In this document: positions 1 to 9,944 of the stretch, in pieces
Layout of the letters: the number at the start of each line of letters is the position of its first letter
How positions within the stretch are numbered: position 1 is the first letter of the stretch
IMG/VR virus record: IMGVR_UViG_3300002835_000026
Length of the DNA stretch: 64,000 bases
DNA from: a virus
Reading direction: 5' to 3' (one strand)
Notes under the pieces: model-generated
Databases searched by the model: none
The model's input: the letters and a program-made list of their open reading frames with translations, nothing else
What the model was told of the DNA's origin: nothing
Made by a program: the position numbers and the translations under genes

Positions 1-918
1 TGTTGAGTTATAATTTTGATCTTGATCTCCAAGTACTTTAGCTACATAGTTAACAGCAAACGGATCTAATGATAATCCAGTCCAAGTTTCTAATACAATT
101 GGATTATTTGTATTATCATTACCTTGACGAATTAATAAACTAAATGTTCCCGATGCTGTATCTGCGTTTGAGATTTGATATCTAATGTTATCTGCTGAAC
201 CTGAAGCTAATGAACCACTTACATCTATTGATGAAGAACTGTTCATAATAATACCTTCAGATAATGTTTTTAAAACAAATGCTGGAGTAGTTGAATTTAC
301 AATATCAGTAGCAGCTAATGTAGCAACTACGTTACCAACTGTTCCGATTGAACCTGATAAGAATGTAAATGTATCACCAATATTATATCCTGTACCTGCT
401 GTTGTAGCTGTAATACTAGTTACTAATGAACCACTAGTTTTAACAATACTAAATACTGCTCCTGCTCCTGTTGTACCTGAGTAAATGTAACTACCTGTAG
501 CTAAACTACCTGTTGTACCTGAAACTGATGCTGTTGAGTTAGTAGAAATGTTACTTAAAGCAGAACCTGTTTCTAATACTCCACTTTCTACATTATTTAA
601 AATTGCTGTACTAGTTGCTGGTGTCCAAGTGTTACTTGCACTTACTACTCTAGCTACTAATAATGATGTACCACCATTGTTAAAGTAGTTATAAGCAGCA
701 ATTGAAGTAAAGAATGATACATTATCACTACCACTTTGGAATCCTGCACCAAATTTATTTACGTAATCGCTGTATGAGGTAACAACAGTTGGAATTTCAA
801 CGGGACCTAAAACTGTAGGACCGATAATTGCTGCACCTACGTTAACTGGTTGTTGTCTGATAAACGATGAATCGTTTTCTCTTGCTAATACACCAGGGGA
901 AATTAATGTTTCTGCCAT
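1..918 (-). CDS. Contractile tail sheath protein (T4 gp18-like), N-terminal part; runs off the window's left edge
   Basis: Manual translation from ATG at 918 gives MAETLISPGVLARENDSSFIRQQPVNVGAAIIGPTVLGPVEIPTVVTSYSDYVNKFG...AYNYFNNGGTSLLVARV, the typical sheath N-terminus (SPGV..E, GP...P, FG, YF.NGG). Absent from the ORF track because it is truncated. Confidence 0.9.
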   Translation of the reverse strand, partial: MAETLISPGVLARENDSSFIRQQPVNVGAAIIGPTVLGPVEIPTVVTSYSDYVNKFGAGFQSGSDNVSFFTSIAAYNYFNNGGTSLLVARVVSASNTWTPATSTAILNNVESGVLETGSALSNISTNSTASVSGTTGSLATGSYIYSGTTGAGAVFSIVKTSGSLVTSITATTAGTGYNIGDTFTFLSGSIGTVGNVVATLAATDIVNSTTPAFVLKTLSEGIIMNSSSSIDVSGSLASGSADNIRYQISNADTASGTFSLLIRQGNDNTNNPIVLETWTGLSLDPFAVNYVAKVLGDQDQNYNST

Positions 919-946
919 GTTATTTGTTAATAAGTTTAATGTTTAT

Positions 947-955
947 TATAAATAT
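947..955 (-). promoter_or_regulatory. Putative late promoter motif ATATTTATA upstream of the sheath gene
   Basis: The same motif recurs upstream of about 10 minus-strand genes (see findings). Confidence 0.6.
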
Positions 956-972
956 ATTAAGGAATCTTAAAA

Positions 973-1224
973 TCATTCGTTTCCGATGAATTCTCCACTA
1001 TCTATATTAATAGTTCCTACACCGTATTTTGATTGAAGTTCTTGACTTAATTTTAATTCTGTTATTTTAATTTCTTTAAGTTCTTCAGTTACTTCTTGCT
1101 TTTGTAATTTTAAATCTTGGATTGACATTTCAATTAATCCGTATTTATCAATTAATTCAGCTCTTAATTTTTGAATTTCTTTTACTGATAAAACTTCAGA
1201 TTCTGTTAATTTTTCTATTTTCAT
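973..1224 (-). CDS. Small coiled-coil hypothetical protein (83 aa)
   Basis: Heptad-rich K/E/L sequence ending KYGVGTINIDSGEF; in operon orientation. Confidence 0.7.
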   Translation of the reverse strand: MKIEKLTESEVLSVKEIQKLRAELIDKYGLIEMSIQDLKLQKQEVTEELKEIKITELKLSQELQSKYGVGTINIDSGEFIGNE

Positions 1225-1243
1225 GACTTTTATATTATTTTAA

Positions 1244-2170
1244 TTATGATGGGTTAGCGTTACTTAATGTTGTACTTATTGAGTATATTATACCTTGTAC
1301 TTCTGTATTAAACCAAATAGTGGCGGTGCCCGGGGTGTTTGGATTAGTTAATCGTATAGCAAATTTACCACTTGAATCTGTTACAGCATGATTAATTGAA
1401 CCTGAGTTTGCTATAGGTACAATATTACTACCTGAAACTACTAAATAAGTAACAGTTCCTGATGCTTGTTGGGCGGATCCAGTTTCTACAGTACTAGTCC
1501 ACCAATGTATTAATTGTTGTGGTTGTGTTAATGGTGAACTATCTGGGTTTGAAAATGTAGCTGTAATTGCTCTTTGAGCTGTTGTTGAACCACTTACTGC
1601 TAAACTACAACTTACAAGTGCTGATAAACCTGATATACCTGAAAGACCTGAAAGACCTGATAAACCTGAGCGACCTGAGGTACCGGATAAACCTGATATT
1701 CCTGATAAGCCTGAAATACCTGAACGACCGGAGATGCCTGATCCCGCTACTAATGCCCATGAACTTGGTGATTCAGATGGAGAAGCATCTGAATTATTGT
1801 TTAATGCTATATAAGAATTACCGCCTGATGAAACTATATCATTAATTTGATAATTTGTAACACTACTCCAAGCACCTTCCCAAATTAATCCTATACCTGA
1901 TAAGCCTGAGCGACCTGAAATACCACTTATACCAGATACAGTTGGAGTAGCAGCAAATGATGCTGTTAAAGCATATGAAGCTGAAACTGCGTTAGAAGAA
2001 GTAGCATTCAATGTACCATTCATATTTAATGAACCTGTGACAGTTAATGAACCACTTATTGTTATATCATAAGCTACTGTACCTGTTAAGGCATCAATAG
2101 ATTGAGTTATTTGAGCTGCTTGTACAGTTGCGCCAGTTGCTATACTCGCACTAGATAAAGTTAATGCCAT
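1244..2170 (-). CDS. Short fibre/structural protein with Gly-X-Ser repeats and one Trp/Tyr-rich module
   Basis: SGISGLSG repeats flank GLIWEGAWSSVTNYQINDIVSSGGNSYIAL...W, the same module found in the giant fibre. Confidence 0.75.
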   Translation of the reverse strand: MALTLSSASIATGATVQAAQITQSIDALTGTVAYDITISGSLTVTGSLNMNGTLNATSSNAVSASYALTASFAATPTVSGISGISGRSGLSGIGLIWEGAWSSVTNYQINDIVSSGGNSYIALNNNSDASPSESPSSWALVAGSGISGRSGISGLSGISGLSGTSGRSGLSGLSGLSGISGLSALVSCSLAVSGSTTAQRAITATFSNPDSSPLTQPQQLIHWWTSTVETGSAQQASGTVTYLVVSGSNIVPIANSGSINHAVTDSSGKFAIRLTNPNTPGTATIWFNTEVQGIIYSISTTLSNANPS

Positions 2171-2183
2171 TTAATAGTTTTAT

Positions 2184-2192
2184 TATAAATAT
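2184..2192 (-). promoter_or_regulatory. Putative late promoter motif ATATTTATA
   Basis: 13 nt upstream of the ATG at 2170. Confidence 0.55.
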
Positions 2193-2199
2193 GGAAAGA

Positions 2200-2229
2200 T
2201 AAGAGAAAAACCGCTACTGCTAGCGGTTT
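2200..2229 (-). terminator. Intrinsic terminator
   Basis: Inverted repeat AAACCGCTA-gcag-TAGCGGTTT followed by TTCTCTT on the minus strand. Confidence 0.75.
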
Positions 2230-2259
2230 ATAAATATCATATTATAAGTAAATAATATA

Positions 2260-2694
2260 TTAATCTATTTGAATTAATTTGTAAAATATAATATAATTAT
2301 CTGATGTTTTAACATCATTAAATTCTTTTAATTTAAATTCATGATATTCAATTTCTTTTACTTCTTGTAATAAACCATTAAATTCTTCTTGAAATTGTAT
2401 ATATAATGGATTAAAATTTGTTTTAGTCTCATCAGTCCATACAGGAATTTCAAAATTATCATTTTTATCTTTAGTACCATACTTTACAATTAAATCTTCT
2501 TTTAATTGATTAATAATAGATTTTTCAGATGATGTTTTTTTAGCTAAATTAGTTAACCAATATTTAGTAGGTAAACTTAAATTTTCACTTAATAATCCTA
2601 ATGATAAAATTTCACCTGTTTCTTGATTTACAAAACCGTTAAGTTCTGAATCAAGTTTATAGATTTCTTGTAATGATAACTGAATATGAGCCAT
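2260..2694 (-). CDS. Hypothetical helical protein (144 aa), DUF1617-like
   Basis: Pattern 'YWLTNLAK...LIVKYG...F.EEFNGLL' resembles small phage proteins found near fibre genes; weak recognition. Confidence 0.55.
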   Translation of the reverse strand: MAHIQLSLQEIYKLDSELNGFVNQETGEILSLGLLSENLSLPTKYWLTNLAKKTSSEKSIINQLKEDLIVKYGTKDKNDNFEIPVWTDETKTNFNPLYIQFQEEFNGLLQEVKEIEYHEFKLKEFNDVKTSDNYIIFYKLIQID

Positions 2695-2960
2695 TATTGA
2701 TTAGCTTTAACTTGTTTTGGTTTTTTAGTTGATTTTGTTTTATTACTATAGTAATATTTTTTCTTTTTAGCTGGTTTTTCAGCTTCATTAAATGGTTTTT
2801 CTACTGCTACTGGAGCATCTTCAAAGTGAGGATAGTCTTCAACAGGAAATAAAGAATTTGGTTTTTCGTTTGTAGGTGTATTTTCTTTTCCTACAAATGC
2901 AGATACAATAATAATTGCTACTAATAATATAGTTACAATAAAAATTAAAAGTGATGACAT
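2694..2960 (-). CDS. Small membrane-anchored protein with basic C-terminal tail
   Basis: N-terminal hydrophobic helix LLIFIVTILLVAIIIVSAFV; Lys-rich C-terminus. Confidence 0.7.
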   Translation of the reverse strand: MSSLLIFIVTILLVAIIIVSAFVGKENTPTNEKPNSLFPVEDYPHFEDAPVAVEKPFNEAEKPAKKKKYYYSNKTKSTKKPKQVKANQ

Positions 2961-2998
2961 AATTTTTTAATGGATTTTATGGGTTAAGTTTATATATA

Positions 2999-3029
2999 TA
3001 AATATACAAAGATATTTTAAAGATCCAAA
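2999..3029 (-). promoter_or_regulatory. Bipartite promoter TTTGG-N18-TATATTTA
   Basis: One of five copies with conserved spacing; resembles the Bacteroidota -33/-7 consensus. Confidence 0.55.
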
Positions 3030-6000
3030 TTAAAATTTATTTTTTCTTAATTCTATCAACTCTTCTAATTTATATTCATTTTCTTCTACTGGCCAATCAT
3101 ATAGTGTACTATCTATACCTTTATGTAACACACCACCAGGTACACATAATATAAAATTTTGTTTTCCTTGAGCACCTGGTGATTTAGGATTCCAATATGT
3201 TAATTCCCAATCTAAACCTGCGTTCCAAGATGAATTAACTTGTGGATTATTATGTTGACTATCTAAATGAATAGGCATCATATCTTTAATATCTTTAGCT
3301 CGCATAACCATATGTCCTGCTCTACATGATCCTTTTACACATAAATTTCCAAATTGAGTTTCAAGCCATCCTAATTCACCATGTTCTTTACTCATATAAC
3401 CTGTAGCTACATATCTATCAGGATAAGTATTTAATATATCACAATATGTACTTATTGGTTCATTAAATAAATTGTCTTGATCTGTAAACTGAATAAAATC
3501 ATAATCATCAATATTCATGTTATCAAACATTTGAAGCATAGCTCCTCGTTGACCCATATTAAATTCTGAACTATACACTGTAAAATTATTATTTATATTT
3601 TCATTAATAACTTTTAATATTTCTTCTTTATTCTCTGGATTTGAGTTATCAACAATATAAATGTCATTTATAATACCTGGTTCTTGGATATCTTTTAATG
3701 AATTAATAATATTTTTAATATGGTGAGATCTATTAAATGATGTTAATAAAGTAAGTACTTTAGTTGGTTTAAGTAATTTAGGTAAAATATTAATTTCAAA
3801 ATCATTAGCTATTTTTTCCCAAGAATAATTTTCTCTAACATAGTCTGAATTTTCTTTTAGTACTCCACTTTTAACAATTGAATCATAATTATCATAAATA
3901 TGTTTCATATGTTTTATTAAATCTTTAACATTTGGCTCACCCCATTCTCCTTTAAACCATGGATGATTTTTAACTGATACTGATTTAGTAGAAACATTAT
4001 AGTATCTATCTTTAATTAATTCAGTTGAACCTGGTTCTGATGTAGCTATAGTTGGTAAACCACAAGCTATAGCTTCTAATATAGTCATTCCAAATGAATC
4101 ACCCCTAGATGGATAAACATAAGCATGACAACTTCTATATAAGTCCATTACTTTATCATGTCCATCATTACTAATATGCCAAAATATATTTTTATGATCT
4201 TTTATAATATTTTTTACTTCTTGACTATTGTAAAATAACATAGAGTCATTTGACTTAATGTGTAATTCTACATTATTATTATTTTTAAATAAATCAATAA
4301 AAGCTTCTAAAGTATGAAATATACCTTTTCTGTCTGAACATTCTCCTACATATAAGAACTTAAATTTGTCTTCTTTAATTTTAGGAGTATAAGTGAATAC
4401 TTTAGGATCAATACCATGAGGTACTACAAATATAGGTTTAGTAACACCCATATTTTGTATTCTTGTTTTTGATATATTAGATGGTGTTAATAAAAAATCA
4501 GCTTTATTCCCATTAACTACAAAATTACCAGCTTCATCTGTTGTGTCAACACCAGTATAAACTACTTTAGTTTTAAATTCATCTAAATGACCTATTGAAT
4601 CCGGATAAGCAAACATAATACCTAAATCAGTATTTAATGGCTTTTTTAATAAATTATGAACTAATTGATTTTTTGTTTCTGTTACTCCAATAATAGGTTT
4701 ACAAGCTAAATTTATGTTATTATCTAATTGTTCTAATAAACGTTGAGATAAAATTCCCATTGATGCATAATCATCATATTTAGCTAACCAAGTTAATTTA
4801 GGTTTATTATTAGCAATAATATTAGCTGTTTTATTATTAGTTAATGATTTAATTAAAGTATCAATATTCATACTTGGTGTACATTCATATACATGAGCTA
4901 CTTTAATTATTTCTTCATCAAATCTAATTTTTTCAAATTCATCTCCTGAATGGTTAACTATAATAATTACTTCATCTAAGTTTAAGTGCTTTTGAATATC
5001 TTTATAAGGTAAATCTTTTAATACTTTTACTTGAGTAGAATCCATTAACTTTTTACATTTACTTAAATTATATTTTACTATACCTGATGTTTTGTCTGGT
5101 TCTAATAATTTAAATGACTCTCCTTGTTTATGGATTAAAGGAAATGTAACTCCTGGATTCCATTGGTTATTATCCATATAACAAATATATCCTAAATTAT
5201 AGCCATTATTTTGTACTCTGTAAGATATTTCAACATCATCTGAGTAGCCTAATCCAAATCCTTCATCTAATAAGCCTATTTTATTTATCACTGATTTTCT
5301 AATTACTGAGCAGCAACCTAAAATATAATCACCTACTTTAACAGGACCTATAAGACCATTACTTTTATCTTTAAGTAAAGGTAATAATAATTCTTCCCAA
5401 TTTGAATGTAAATTAGCATCACTATTTAAACACATTATGTTTTCATTTTTAGCTAATTTAAAAGCTTCATTTACTGCTTTTACAAAACCTAATGCTTCTT
5501 TTTTAATATATAATTCAATTATAGGATTAGTAGCAGCAAATGCTTCTAATTTTTTATTTCCTTCTTCTTCAGTTCCGTTAGAATAAAGAATTACTTGGTT
5601 AATTATAGTTGATGTACCTAAAGTAATATTAACATTATTAATAGTATCATCTACATTATTATAAATAGGTACTACTAAAGTTAAATCAGGTTTATCTTCT
5701 TTTTTTTTTGAATAATCAATATAACCTATACCAGCAAATCCTCCTTTATTATATGTAAATTCATAAAAGAAAGGTAATGATTTTTGATCTAAAAATTGAG
5801 TATAAATAAATTCTACAAATCCGTATTTTTCTTTTAATTCTTCCCAGAATGTAGAAACAAAACAATTTGCTTCTCTATGGAAGTAACTATTGATAATATC
5901 ATGAAATCCTACTAATGCCGTAGGTGCTAAGAATTTTTCATATAATTCAAAATCACCTTTAACTCCTTCATAAGTATGATCACCATCAATAAATAAGAAA

Positions 6001-7178
6001 TCTATTTTTTGACCATTTAGTAATTCTTCTACTCTATCAATTAAATAAGAATCTTTTGAATTACCATTAACTGCGTAGAATTTTTTATTATATAAATTAG
6101 CTTGTTCTAAAGCGTCTGATATTACATATGTTCTTTCTTCAAAACCTTGACCACCATGAATTCCAATTGGATAATCAACACTAATAACAGTTTCAACTGA
6201 TGGTAATTCTAACCATCTAGATAATGTACCTCCATTAGCTGTACCAATTTCTACTACTACTTTAGGTTCATGTCTTGCGACAGTTAATTGTAAATTTTCA
6301 ATTTCTAAAGCAATTTGCATTGAACCTTCTTTTCTTAATTTAGATTGAAGCTTTAATGGTAATCTATTAAATGTATTTCTAAAGAAAATTTCATGTCTAT
6401 AAAATTCTATAGGAAACTCATCTGATATTTCTTTATAGTGTTTAGTAGGACACTCTGGTCTTTCAAAAATATCAGTACCATTGTATATACGTTGTTTAAT
6501 TTTTTCTAAATTAGAATATTCAGGTGTGTTATATTCTCTATGAGAAAAATTTAAAATTTTAGTTTGTATTTTTTCTGGTGTCATAAAAAATGATAAATGA
6601 TATCCTCCATTTTCTATATTAGGGCAATTAAAAGCATATTGTCTTAAATCATTAAACATGTTAACTTCTTTTAAAGTACTATTATTTATCCCTACAGAAG
6701 CAAAACAATCTATTAATAATTCAGTTAATGGAGAATAATAAAAAGTTTTCATTTTAAATGAGACCGCTTCTAATGTTTTATCTTTTACAATATTCCAAGC
6801 GTTATCAAATAATTCTTTTTTAGGAAATTCGTCAACTCCTGAAAGAAGAATAAAGCAATCATCATCTGATATTTCTAATGCTTTTTTTCGTAGACATTCT
6901 ATTTGTTGTATTTCTAAATGCCATTTGTCTTCTATACTTTTATTTAAATCATCTTCTGTTGGTTCATACACAACATAATGAATTTTATCTTTATACTCAT
7001 CAAATAGATAACTATTTGAAGAATATGTTAATTCTTTAAGATTACCTGTTGTTGTTCTTGTACTTTCAGCTATAACAAAATATTCAACTGAGTCATTTAG
7101 ATAATCTAATCTCATTTTTAACATTTCTAATTCATCATTGAAAAGAAAAGTATCAATTACTTTATAATTTTTATTCAT
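3030..7178 (-). CDS. Multidomain glycosylation enzyme: GT17-like + class I SAM methyltransferase + GT2-like + GT4-like + GT-A-like
   Basis: DTFLFNDELEMLKMRL..FVIAES (GT17-like); VVEIGTANGG and FLFIDGDHTYEGVKGDF (Methyltransf_24-like); LVVPIYN..CLNSD..GYSDDVE (GT2); HGIDP..FLYVG..RKG..YVYPSRGDSFGMTILEAIACGLP (GT4); LLTSFNR..IVDNS..FTDQD (GT-A). Confidence 0.85.
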   Translation of the reverse strand: MNKNYKVIDTFLFNDELEMLKMRLDYLNDSVEYFVIAESTRTTTGNLKELTYSSNSYLFDEYKDKIHYVVYEPTEDDLNKSIEDKWHLEIQQIECLRKKALEISDDDCFILLSGVDEFPKKELFDNAWNIVKDKTLEAVSFKMKTFYYSPLTELLIDCFASVGINNSTLKEVNMFNDLRQYAFNCPNIENGGYHLSFFMTPEKIQTKILNFSHREYNTPEYSNLEKIKQRIYNGTDIFERPECPTKHYKEISDEFPIEFYRHEIFFRNTFNRLPLKLQSKLRKEGSMQIALEIENLQLTVARHEPKVVVEIGTANGGTLSRWLELPSVETVISVDYPIGIHGGQGFEERTYVISDALEQANLYNKKFYAVNGNSKDSYLIDRVEELLNGQKIDFLFIDGDHTYEGVKGDFELYEKFLAPTALVGFHDIINSYFHREANCFVSTFWEELKEKYGFVEFIYTQFLDQKSLPFFYEFTYNKGGFAGIGYIDYSKKKEDKPDLTLVVPIYNNVDDTINNVNITLGTSTIINQVILYSNGTEEEGNKKLEAFAATNPIIELYIKKEALGFVKAVNEAFKLAKNENIMCLNSDANLHSNWEELLLPLLKDKSNGLIGPVKVGDYILGCCSVIRKSVINKIGLLDEGFGLGYSDDVEISYRVQNNGYNLGYICYMDNNQWNPGVTFPLIHKQGESFKLLEPDKTSGIVKYNLSKCKKLMDSTQVKVLKDLPYKDIQKHLNLDEVIIIVNHSGDEFEKIRFDEEIIKVAHVYECTPSMNIDTLIKSLTNNKTANIIANNKPKLTWLAKYDDYASMGILSQRLLEQLDNNINLACKPIIGVTETKNQLVHNLLKKPLNTDLGIMFAYPDSIGHLDEFKTKVVYTGVDTTDEAGNFVVNGNKADFLLTPSNISKTRIQNMGVTKPIFVVPHGIDPKVFTYTPKIKEDKFKFLYVGECSDRKGIFHTLEAFIDLFKNNNNVELHIKSNDSMLFYNSQEVKNIIKDHKNIFWHISNDGHDKVMDLYRSCHAYVYPSRGDSFGMTILEAIACGLPTIATSEPGSTELIKDRYYNVSTKSVSVKNHPWFKGEWGEPNVKDLIKHMKHIYDNYDSIVKSGVLKENSDYVRENYSWEKIANDFEINILPKLLKPTKVLTLLTSFNRSHHIKNIINSLKDIQEPGIINDIYIVDNSNPENKEEILKVINENINNNFTVYSSEFNMGQRGAMLQMFDNMNIDDYDFIQFTDQDNLFNEPISTYCDILNTYPDRYVATGYMSKEHGELGWLETQFGNLCVKGSCRAGHMVMRAKDIKDMMPIHLDSQHNNPQVNSSWNAGLDWELTYWNPKSPGAQGKQNFILCVPGGVLHKGIDSTLYDWPVEENEYKLEELIELRKNKF

Positions 7179-7187
7179 TTTATATTT

Positions 7188-8036
7188 TTAATTATCATGG
7201 ATATTATTTAATTCTATTACACTATTATTTAAATGGTATTTTTTAATAGATTCACTTGTTGATAAAAATCTTTCAGAAAATCTATCTCCTCGTCTAGGTT
7301 CTATTATAATTTTTTCTCTATTTGGATATAAATCATTAGCTACATCTATCATACTTCTACTATGTCCTGAATTAACTATAAATCGTGATTTATTAGGATA
7401 ATTCATAGTATATATAATTAAACCTATAGCTTCTCCTAATGATATAAAATGTCTTTGGCATGTAGGAGCTACTTTAATTGGAGAATCTAGAGATAATGAA
7501 TTCCATATTTCAAATACATTTCCTGATGATTCAACAACATTAAAAAATCGAGCTATACTTCCTCCATTATTTAATACCATTCGTTCCGCTATTAATTTTG
7601 AAGCTCCGTATACAATTTCAGGATTACAAGATTTACAAGTAGAAGTTAATATAATTTTACAATTAAGAGGCATACAATCTATTAAATTTTTTGTTCCTAT
7701 AGTATTAATAGATAAAGTTTCCCAAGTTTCATGTTCACCTTTAGGAGCATGTTTCGCTCCAGCAATATTAATAATAATATTAGGTTGAAATTTATTTAAT
7801 ATTGTTTTGACTTGATTAAAATCAGTTATATCCATATACTCCATATCTCCTTCTATATCAGTAGCTAAATAAGATACTTTATCTTTATCAAATTTTTTAC
7901 AAAGTGCAGTTCCTATACTTCCATTAGCTCCTGTAATAAGAATTTTTTGTTTTTTATTTTTTAATTTAATATTAAGTAAATCAATATATTGATTTCGTCC
8001 TAATACTTTTTCTACATCATTATAACTTATTTTCAT
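7188..8036 (-). CDS. NAD-dependent nucleotide-sugar dehydratase/epimerase (CapD/Polysacc_synt_2-like)
   Basis: ILITGANGSIG Rossmann motif, AGAKH, YGASK, RFFNVVESSGNV, R.GD. Confidence 0.85.
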   Translation of the reverse strand: MKISYNDVEKVLGRNQYIDLLNIKLKNKKQKILITGANGSIGTALCKKFDKDKVSYLATDIEGDMEYMDITDFNQVKTILNKFQPNIIINIAGAKHAPKGEHETWETLSINTIGTKNLIDCMPLNCKIILTSTCKSCNPEIVYGASKLIAERMVLNNGGSIARFFNVVESSGNVFEIWNSLSLDSPIKVAPTCQRHFISLGEAIGLIIYTMNYPNKSRFIVNSGHSRSMIDVANDLYPNREKIIIEPRRGDRFSERFLSTSESIKKYHLNNSVIELNNIHDN

Positions 8037-8646
8037 CTGTTAAAAAATTAAATTTAATTATTAAATTATTTAAATATTCTTTATTTATATTATTTCTTTC
8101 TAAACCTATAGTATTTTCTTTTAAAAATCTAGATGGAGATCCTATGTAAATATTTCCAGGTTCAATTTTAGAATTTTTAGTTACAATTGTTCCCATTCCT
8201 ATCATAGAATAAGCTCCTATTATTTTAAATTGATGACATATACTTCCTAATCCCATATTTACTCCTTCCATTATGTAACTATGCCCTCCTATTAATACAT
8301 TACAAGATAAATTAACTTTATTTTCTATAATAGAATCATGACCAATATGACTATTTCTTAATATAATAGTATTATTTTTTAATATTGTATTTCTTATTGT
8401 GCCTGCGTTTATAGTTACAAATTCTCTAACTATATTATTATTACCTATAATAACATTAAACGCACTATTAGTAAAATAATCTCTATGTTCTGGTGGTGTA
8501 CCTATAGAACAATAGGCTTCAAATCTATTATTATCTCCTATTATAGTATCTCCTGTAATGTAACAATAAGGACCAATATAATTATTTTCTCCTAAAGTAA
8601 CATTTTCTCCTATAATAGCTGTAGGATGTATTAAATTATTTTTCAT
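8020..8646 (-). CDS. Left-handed beta-helix acyl/acetyltransferase, LpxA-like
   Basis: IHPTAII hexapeptide repeats; IGNNNIVREFVTINAGT, HIGHD, GGH and HQF match LpxA signature positions. Confidence 0.8.
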   Translation of the reverse strand: MKNNLIHPTAIIGENVTLGENNYIGPYCYITGDTIIGDNNRFEAYCSIGTPPEHRDYFTNSAFNVIIGNNNIVREFVTINAGTIRNTILKNNTIILRNSHIGHDSIIENKVNLSCNVLIGGHSYIMEGVNMGLGSICHQFKIIGAYSMIGMGTIVTKNSKIEPGNIYIGSPSRFLKENTIGLERNNINKEYLNNLIIKFNFLTDENKL

Positions 8647-9943
8647 TTATAATTTTTAAAACGTTTTCTAATTTAATTAAATTCATACATTCTTTTCTTT
8701 CTGGTTGTTGTAGGTCCATCCACCATCTTCTATTGTAATAATTTTTACCACAATTTTTTTCAATATATTTCACTCCAGGATGTTTAGCATGGTTATTATA
8801 GAATGGGGTTAAACAAATACCTACATTTGGTTTAACAGAAGAAGCAAAATGATGAAAAAATGTATCTACACTTAACCATAAACTTGATTCATCTATTAAT
8901 CCTGCTAACTCTGCTATTGATTTATCTAAAAATTTACTATCTACTCCACCAGGAGAAAATGACATTGGGAATTGATTATCATTACTTGAACCTACTTGTA
9001 TAACATGATATCCTAATTTTTTTAACTCAAATATTAAATTAAACCACCTAACTTCAACCCAGTCTTTATTTGAATCTTGATTTTGGATTCTAGCTGCTGA
9101 AGGGCAGATTAATACTAATGGTTTACCGGTTGTGTTTTCAAATTTAATTTTAGGACCTGTATAATTTAATATATCTTGAGATTCTCGATTTTCTCTATAC
9201 ATTTTAAAAAATGCTTCTATAATTGTAGGAGAATTATGAGCTGATCCATAAGAATAAACAAATTTTTTATATCCTCCAAATAATTCATCATTCCAAGATA
9301 TAAAACCTTTAATATTAATATGTTCTAAAGCAAATGGATAAATACAAGATACATAACAATCTTTACCTATTTTTTCTAATAATGGGTACGCCATAACATG
9401 ATCTCCTAATCCACCATCAACATGTATTATTCTTTCATAAAATAATGGATTAATTATTTTTTTATTATATCTTTCTGAGTCTGGTGTATTATCAGATGTA
9501 AAAGGGTATTTAGTTTTTTGAGTAATTAAATCTGCTATAAACCACCTTATAGATTGATATTTGGTATCATGATTAAGGTATAATAAATCACTAGTTTTTG
9601 CTAATAAATAAGTATTATTCAATGTATCCCACTCTTTAACGCCAAAATAACCATCATTTTCATCTATCAATAAACAATACTCTGTTTCAATGTTATATAT
9701 AAGTTCTATAGTAGATTGAAGTATATTACTTAAAGTAGGGTTAATAAAATAACTATGATAAGCTAAAGTTGTTAATTTATTTAGTAAATTTTGATTAGTC
9801 CAAGGAGTATATCCCTTACAATTAATTTGTAAAGTTTTAATTTGGGATTTAATTGGATCATTATGTAATTTATCTAATAAAGATATTAGTTTTTCTTCAT
9901 TTTCTGTATGAATTATAACTGTTATTTCTTTTTGTAACTCCAT
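8636..9943 (-). CDS. GT9 (heptosyltransferase-like) glycosyltransferase, paralog 1
   Basis: GGLGDHVMAYP, K.W...W, VIQVG, LAGLI...SVDTFFHHFASS. Confidence 0.8.
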   Translation of the reverse strand: MELQKEITVIIHTENEEKLISLLDKLHNDPIKSQIKTLQINCKGYTPWTNQNLLNKLTTLAYHSYFINPTLSNILQSTIELIYNIETEYCLLIDENDGYFGVKEWDTLNNTYLLAKTSDLLYLNHDTKYQSIRWFIADLITQKTKYPFTSDNTPDSERYNKKIINPLFYERIIHVDGGLGDHVMAYPLLEKIGKDCYVSCIYPFALEHINIKGFISWNDELFGGYKKFVYSYGSAHNSPTIIEAFFKMYRENRESQDILNYTGPKIKFENTTGKPLVLICPSAARIQNQDSNKDWVEVRWFNLIFELKKLGYHVIQVGSSNDNQFPMSFSPGGVDSKFLDKSIAELAGLIDESSLWLSVDTFFHHFASSVKPNVGICLTPFYNNHAKHPGVKYIEKNCGKNYYNRRWWMDLQQPERKECMNLIKLENVLKIINEK

Positions 9944-9944
9944 T

